From contig JAIORP010000135.1 of assembly GCA_021108075.1 (NCBI GenBank), positions 23,938 through 87,937 on the forward strand: a stretch of 64,000 bases of DNA, in the 5' to 3' direction. Of this stretch, positions 62,501 to 64,000 are shown one piece after another. The notes beneath the pieces are model-generated. The model made no database searches and was not told the DNA's origin. It saw only the letters and a list, made by a program, of their open reading frames with translations. A program made the translations under genes and the position numbers. The stretch's first letter is position 1. Each line of letters starts with the position of its first letter. This DNA is from Candidatus Omnitrophota bacterium. GTDB taxonomy: Bacteria; Omnitrophota; Gorgyraeia; Zapsychrales; Zapsychraceae.

Positions 62501-64000
62501 CACTCCTGTCAAAGATCAACGGGCTCAACGAATCTCTTAGAGAGAGCGGAACCTCACATAAACTTGACATAAAAAAAATTCAATCTAAATATCAATCCGA
62601 ACTTCAAAAGATCACCCGTAACCTCCAACTTTCCCAGGATACTGTTTCCCATAAGGACAACCAAATAGCTCAGCTTAATCGCACACTTAACGATCTGAAG
62701 AAAACTGTTTCAACAACACAGAAAAAAATTAAAGATTCTTCCGAAACCATATCCATGATTGAAAATCAGTATAAAAAAGATAACCAAAAAATTCAAAACC
62801 AATTCAACGAAAAAATTAACAGGCTACAGAATGACTTAAAGGAACATAATAATAAAATCAGCCTTACCAATAAAAAACATACTGGTCAAATTTCTGAATT
62901 AAAGACAACAATCAGTAAAAAAGACGATCAAATCAATTCTGTTACAAAATCGCTCAATCAATTAAACACAGAACTCACCGAGAACCGGAACAAAACTAAG
63001 CAATTTGGCCTGGACATACAAAAATGGGAACGAAAATATCAAGAATTGCAGAATTCCACAAAAGCCCAGGTTCAACAGTCAAGAATGCCGTTTGAACGTG
63101 AAATTCGAAATCATAAAAACAAACAAATGGAATGGGAACGGACCGCAAAGAAAAAAGAATCTGAGATCAATTCCATCAATAACCAACTAAAAGAGTTATC
63201 CTCTAAATTCGAATCCGAACAAAAACAAAACCAACTATTATCGGCTCAAATAGCACAATGGCAATCTCAATACAACAAGCTCACCAAGCACACGACACAA
63301 AAGATGACCAATTTTAAAAACGATCTCCAGAACGAATACAATTCATTGAAAAACGACCTGACCCTTAAGGAAAATAGTTTAAAAAAATACTTAAAACAGC
63401 TTTCAACGCTCAAAAATGACAAAAAAAAACTTACGGCTCAGTTTGCAGAAGCAAACAAAAACTCTATAGATTTCCAAAATAAATTAAATAAAGCCGAGCA
63501 GACACTGTTTTCTAAAACGAAAAAATATGAGGATCAACTATCTAAAATTAAGTCGCAATTTAAACAACAACTCAGCCAGTCCTCACGGTCGTTACAAGAA
63601 GAAATCAGCGCTCTTAACGATCAAGTCTGCCAGTATAAAAAAGAAATTAAAAAAAACAACGGGCAGTCCGGAGAACTATCCGCCTTAAACAACAAATTGA
63701 CATCTCAAATCAACAAACTAATAAAAGAGAACAAATCGGTAACAGACCTCATAGCAAAACTCAAGACAGAAAAAATTAATACCGAACAGTCCATAAAAAA
63801 GAAATTGTTCCAATCAGAATCTGCATTACAAAAAGAGATATCCAAACTTAAATTAGAACTGTCCAAATATCATGATCAATTGCAACACAAAAAATCTTCC
63901 ATCAGCAAACTCGATGGTCATTTCCAGGAGACAGAAAATCGACTACATGCAGCTATGCGTGAAAAGAAGCTTCTGCAACAACAGATCAAAGAACTGATAC
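50575..64000 (+). CDS. Giant secreted segmented coiled-coil protein (>4,470 aa, 3' end outside window)
   Basis: ATG 50575 reads MRTHIRLLSVLLLLLTFPSTTILA-DTN (signal peptide). No stop was seen in the stretches read, and the ORF track reports no closed ORF in this frame. K/E/Q/N/L/I-rich with a recurring [ST][IL]PxKIxxAxxPL motif. Confidence 0.9.
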   Translation, partial: MRTHIRLLSVLLLLLTFPSTTILADTNTDTIKLLRTSIQSKDTLIEDLMDEKDTLSKQLEIQREEKKKFEKELILLQKNIGKLDDASRSGQDDAANLRLQKESLMRQLNKVRKEKVRLEDTISKLNKSMDITDSNVNSKVDAATSALKTRVQELKLQLISLEEKIENSNTKQSKLQKEIHKLENEKASLTKKITLRDKNISTLKRQLVDKINAVRKPLQNELRQTNAALAISNNVVRDKQLEVSELNRKYELTLVNIRELNNKLDKKDIEIEELNNKIKSIQIQTSEKISSISDQAKKDIETQRGKVQSKNKTLQEEISDLSTDKKDLQKQISDKKEAVRLIRRDRKTLQTKLDQLLIRNKDLLNKTAKLQNDINAIEDSIKDKISEAKQPLLGEIKKLEDNIKTLSRHMNNKHEKIDLVLEENKRLKTQLDKIVTIKNNYSKDNALLKTQLKLNSDKVAVQISSVKKPLEKSIQSLQEELNSLRKTNEVKGQEIKALEQKKSKLKTDLDRLSTGNTTLSQKVNKLELSLKQEKKLQSENIEDIQSSLLDKIITMEKQSNALKATVKEKGSYNLKIVGQNKSLTKKVAKLVEEKTGAFENLKNIQVRYNEIKSTLDKRIKVATKALTEEVQQLTVQLKSAQSGLEGTDTKIIRLNNEKNKLQVELSREENQRRQLEANITELKNQLIQVQKELPKKISSVRSSLGKKIKELEAELNTLNKGIAEQKTKVSNLSADKSLLQNNLKKITTEKGIIEQELRQLQVRFKGLNDTLPQKLSKIEQPLKTEINKANKKITEQEETIASLSSKKSLLQNDLKKTETGKKIIEQELLRIKNQLKGLNDTLPQKISKAEQPLKTEINTAKKRITEQKKTISTLTSEKIMLKNNLKNIETEKGFIELELRQLKNKFKGLNDTLPQTISKAEQPLKEQLNTANKRIMELKRIIANLSSEQSFFQNDIKKIETEKELVKNELQQLKNKLKGLKNALPQKISSVQKPLKEEASRLKEQLSNTENSLHIKQERINNLTIQKKNLDNNITRLNTENSKLKSDIINLRRQLAGLEDSIPLKIESAKTPFEKDLSDLKNQLREVNNTVTRKNKKIKTLSREHQYLQNRIADKEKIISALEQDVVSYKDEVLSTQNSLDSKVKQERIPLEAKITQLKTERQQAELKIEEYTILIKTLHERIEENALKSKEITTEKKDLEINLSKVTEEFNNNKKIVADKIKNAKDPLKKTIAILNKKIIAIENAIQSKQTTINKVTQKNETLTRQFEDIKKTKNSISLDLLKIQKEFDSLHVSIPQKMIAARKPLELEIEQLTQRLKKASTSVKAKQQELNQTTKDKSQLQINLSRTKSTADKLEYELKNIQNALKSSKNDIPIKISEALAPLNTKINALEKDLALSKSKLQSKKETIKNLQNEMLSLNKKLSQTQTEKTNLASKNTALNDEIKALEEAIVAEVKQVQIPLEKTIKSLQVALKSMQNKLSDNNTNLNRINKEKETVTNNLNQQQQNKASLQKKIDGLKTTIDNLKKTLPTQIDQAKSPLLNDINKLQQKLSQANSTISHKSDKISALKRDHHIINVQLNNLQSEKAELNKQIENMLERVKQAELSVPQKIQKVEKPLNNEIRELTEQVLKTKTLIQVKNEALEVLSKNKNALESSLKKVRQEKKQLAQKITESEELIKEKQRSIGSLKQNNYQLNSKVSKLNRNHESLQANYDKIQKELRRAKASTPKEISSAIQPLNKKIESLRNELDKAKEDLKENHGAISSTHQEKSSMLTKINVLNRDNKILSQEINNVKTKLQEANNSISNQISRATIPLEESINNMTEKLAKTGDALSKKQNEIDELIQDKNQLNHKLKQLRMEREDAGKRLTRLQDKFAIAHTSSQQETIKAQKKHREKIKKLEHELLEMNAAVLAKEKKLASLEQNNQNLNLLLRNLRKEKSTLNKETVNLLNKIKLTEAAVPQMIQMTKRPLKERIQTLTAKVKQTNDLINQKEDLLKQTTKEKLLLSQNLTKAQETQKNLSQEIITSNKLALKHKADLIKIEQENLGLKNEIRSTQETSGNLEKKIERITQELLNSRNNTAKITAKEISKLTDQITAFKDQLKNSSVKLKQKSENILAVQREKEGLTTKVESLTDEKNSLEQNISVLKSKIAHTNTDLEKKAETINLFNNNKDALESKLNTAINEKNKLKQEVKVLRTEIFQIKKQTPMQVEEARQPLKKALRHKEKAIADANRATKEKQTRINQLLQNDQDLTQEVQRLKQIQVTLNDSNAKLKKSMDKVSKSIPAKISEAKFPLEQAIKMLKNKLLNIENELVNRQKKIDALNKERSGTQTNLQQQIKVKQNLSKQIDALNKQYASVQKSIPDKIKTAKRPLEKKIESLNKQMIEQSEIIRQQENKLAGLSSKNQNMTDSLSVIKNEKLSLENQINQLLSANKKLNTVLPEKIRQAKQPLDKRIKDLNLQLGQSHKSLTVKEQEIVKYKNKSQQLSTQISKLQNEHNQLLTLNKDLNIKLVSLQKELPDKIARIKTPLEANIAQISQKLSNAQTLVKKQQASIDLLTKQRDITSSNLNKLKDQEHQTQKGLKAKQELLSQKNNSLKLLSQENARLQDKIASINNEKDLLGKKLSQVEQKILETQKKIPEKVNLATAPLKQKIQKLINELEQTQTSIKLKDNKITQLTQKSKDISQRLEETQRQKQAADKNLTRLAQDKENLEKVAMPKALILAKIPFQDKIKQLSEDIQNSQDTMTDRERTIAQLRKEKAAINSKLKGISDDKKNLLATINNLQNELINYKKSMPQQLSKARDPLEKKITFLQNQIDNTFDELQDKLLIIAELDDDIDYLKKSLNNSTNQNIQDKKSIEALKRDLIRNKEKMANELHNTVSPLNASLNILEKKLITTEAAVIKTQKNNKNLIVANNTLQNEIKNSVQKITELSDKLKSEKQKITKLQSEIPNRIKEKTNPLTEQISTLNKSIASYKKNIEKQSIDNQKLREINNHTKTALEKEIEFKKKIQTNYGNLKKTINELEQKQPEEIIAATTPLNNRIKEIRKKLSASSQNIASKDKTIEELRITNKKLANDLNSSQKNNILLNKNIVMFEEQIDKINNEIPSKLSTATKPLKKRILDQKNTLTELSTSVDRLNQDLSDTQKQRNQLTSDFVQLKEKNQELLKLIDELRSTLSLTKASIPKQLESAQNPLKKEIKKLQEQFQSTQSEFHKTRDNYGKLKIENKKLSQTLSRTESQNNALAGQLQDITQKLTVLQKVLPKRVFEAKLPLEEKLKNWKDNFAKMETELKDTLALLQKDRDSNNKLKKEFTALSNNNNNLEQVNASLKNKLAQLQGSLPKKINDAQKTLKVKLQNLTETLQDRDTQLNQKSKKITALNNQIKALTQDNTDHSTIVRSLEEKNKKIIKNNNILSLQIEQWQKDYPNKIKQAQRPLEGQVEQLKQQFANEAEKNKRNQELIAKLEQDVTNSRNNIVQNEATIKILTSEKRNLENRYASLNDSIPQRISKSKTSLEQMIHKLKQSNDELNTTAKRKDRTINQLTDQSKEQSQKIDSFRSKNSELQKQLNNKITEYATKRSELSKKLTAAEATVKEQTDKEKKLKTRLQALKNINVETQKKFSTTIKEKTQIDQKFAEISKNLSIKNNAINQYKTTVSKLRDSLRNLETNKENLARRVTELEKLNDTIKTSLPEKVESVKAPLLSKINQLETAIEENTNELSRAKTTLKTLKDENKALNKILESVKRDNSLLSQKTDSFRKEIDKSKTQGELEINQITSDLRNKIQIIQEKEKLIKQLQSDFRNLKNDHDQLEKKYRNTIREFDGARIKLEQYKEKISMEIEKARNPILNQLNQVKSELISTMSALKEKDENMTSMNRNLSSLNTKYDQLNKKKIAFEDQLSQSITRYQKLESETQNTIDRTKSTLHSDINKLEKALVVKRAEISAKQNNILENEKQISYLKKDLQSLNDKNQTLLSKINGLNESLRESGTSHKLDIKKIQSKYQSELQKITRNLQLSQDTVSHKDNQIAQLNRTLNDLKKTVSTTQKKIKDSSETISMIENQYKKDNQKIQNQFNEKINRLQNDLKEHNNKISLTNKKHTGQISELKTTISKKDDQINSVTKSLNQLNTELTENRNKTKQFGLDIQKWERKYQELQNSTKAQVQQSRMPFEREIRNHKNKQMEWERTAKKKESEINSINNQLKELSSKFESEQKQNQLLSAQIAQWQSQYNKLTKHTTQKMTNFKNDLQNEYNSLKNDLTLKENSLKKYLKQLSTLKNDKKKLTAQFAEANKNSIDFQNKLNKAEQTLFSKTKKYEDQLSKIKSQFKQQLSQSSRSLQEEISALNDQVCQYKKEIKKNNGQSGELSALNNKLTSQINKLIKENKSVTDLIAKLKTEKINTEQSIKKKLFQSESALQKEISKLKLELSKYHDQLQHKKSSISKLDGHFQETENRLHAAMREKKLLQQQIKELI
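52760..53540 (+). repeat. 213-bp tandem repeats (about 3.5 copies) inside the giant gene
   Basis: AAAGGC(C/T)TGAA(C/T)GACAC(T/C)CTGCC...CTAAA..GAACAACCACTCAAA recurs, with equivalent codons at 52882, 53095, 53308 and (diverged) 53521. Confidence 0.85.

Overview
AT-rich bacterial chromosomal window with almost all genes on the + strand. No rRNA, tRNA, CRISPR array or transposase is visible. From left to right it holds: (i) a truncated PIN/PhoH gene; (ii) a phosphorelay cluster with an output-less HAMP membrane protein, a PAS hybrid kinase, an Hpt protein, CheY-like regulators and a [FeFe]-hydrogenase-like/PAS/hybrid-kinase fusion with a degenerate H-cluster motif; (iii) PilT-REC, CheX, two PEP-CTERM proteins and PilZ; (iv) ilvD and a stand-alone Cache protein; (v) a CBM48/GT4/DUF4912/2xGH57 alpha-glucan cluster; (vi) housekeeping and repair genes (csp, DEDDh exonuclease, DAG kinase, GGDEF, aldo/keto reductase, SplB-like, HIT, SET, Deg protease, NAD kinase, mutY, surE). 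From 50575 to the window end runs a giant (>4,470 aa) secreted segmented coiled-coil protein that the ORF track does not list, built from ~78-aa units punctuated by a P-x8-P motif. An 80-bp MITE with TAA/TTA target duplications occurs four times, and a 29-aa sORF has its own promoter, RBS and terminator. The gene content suggests a diderm anaerobe, possibly PVC group/Omnitrophota (inference only).
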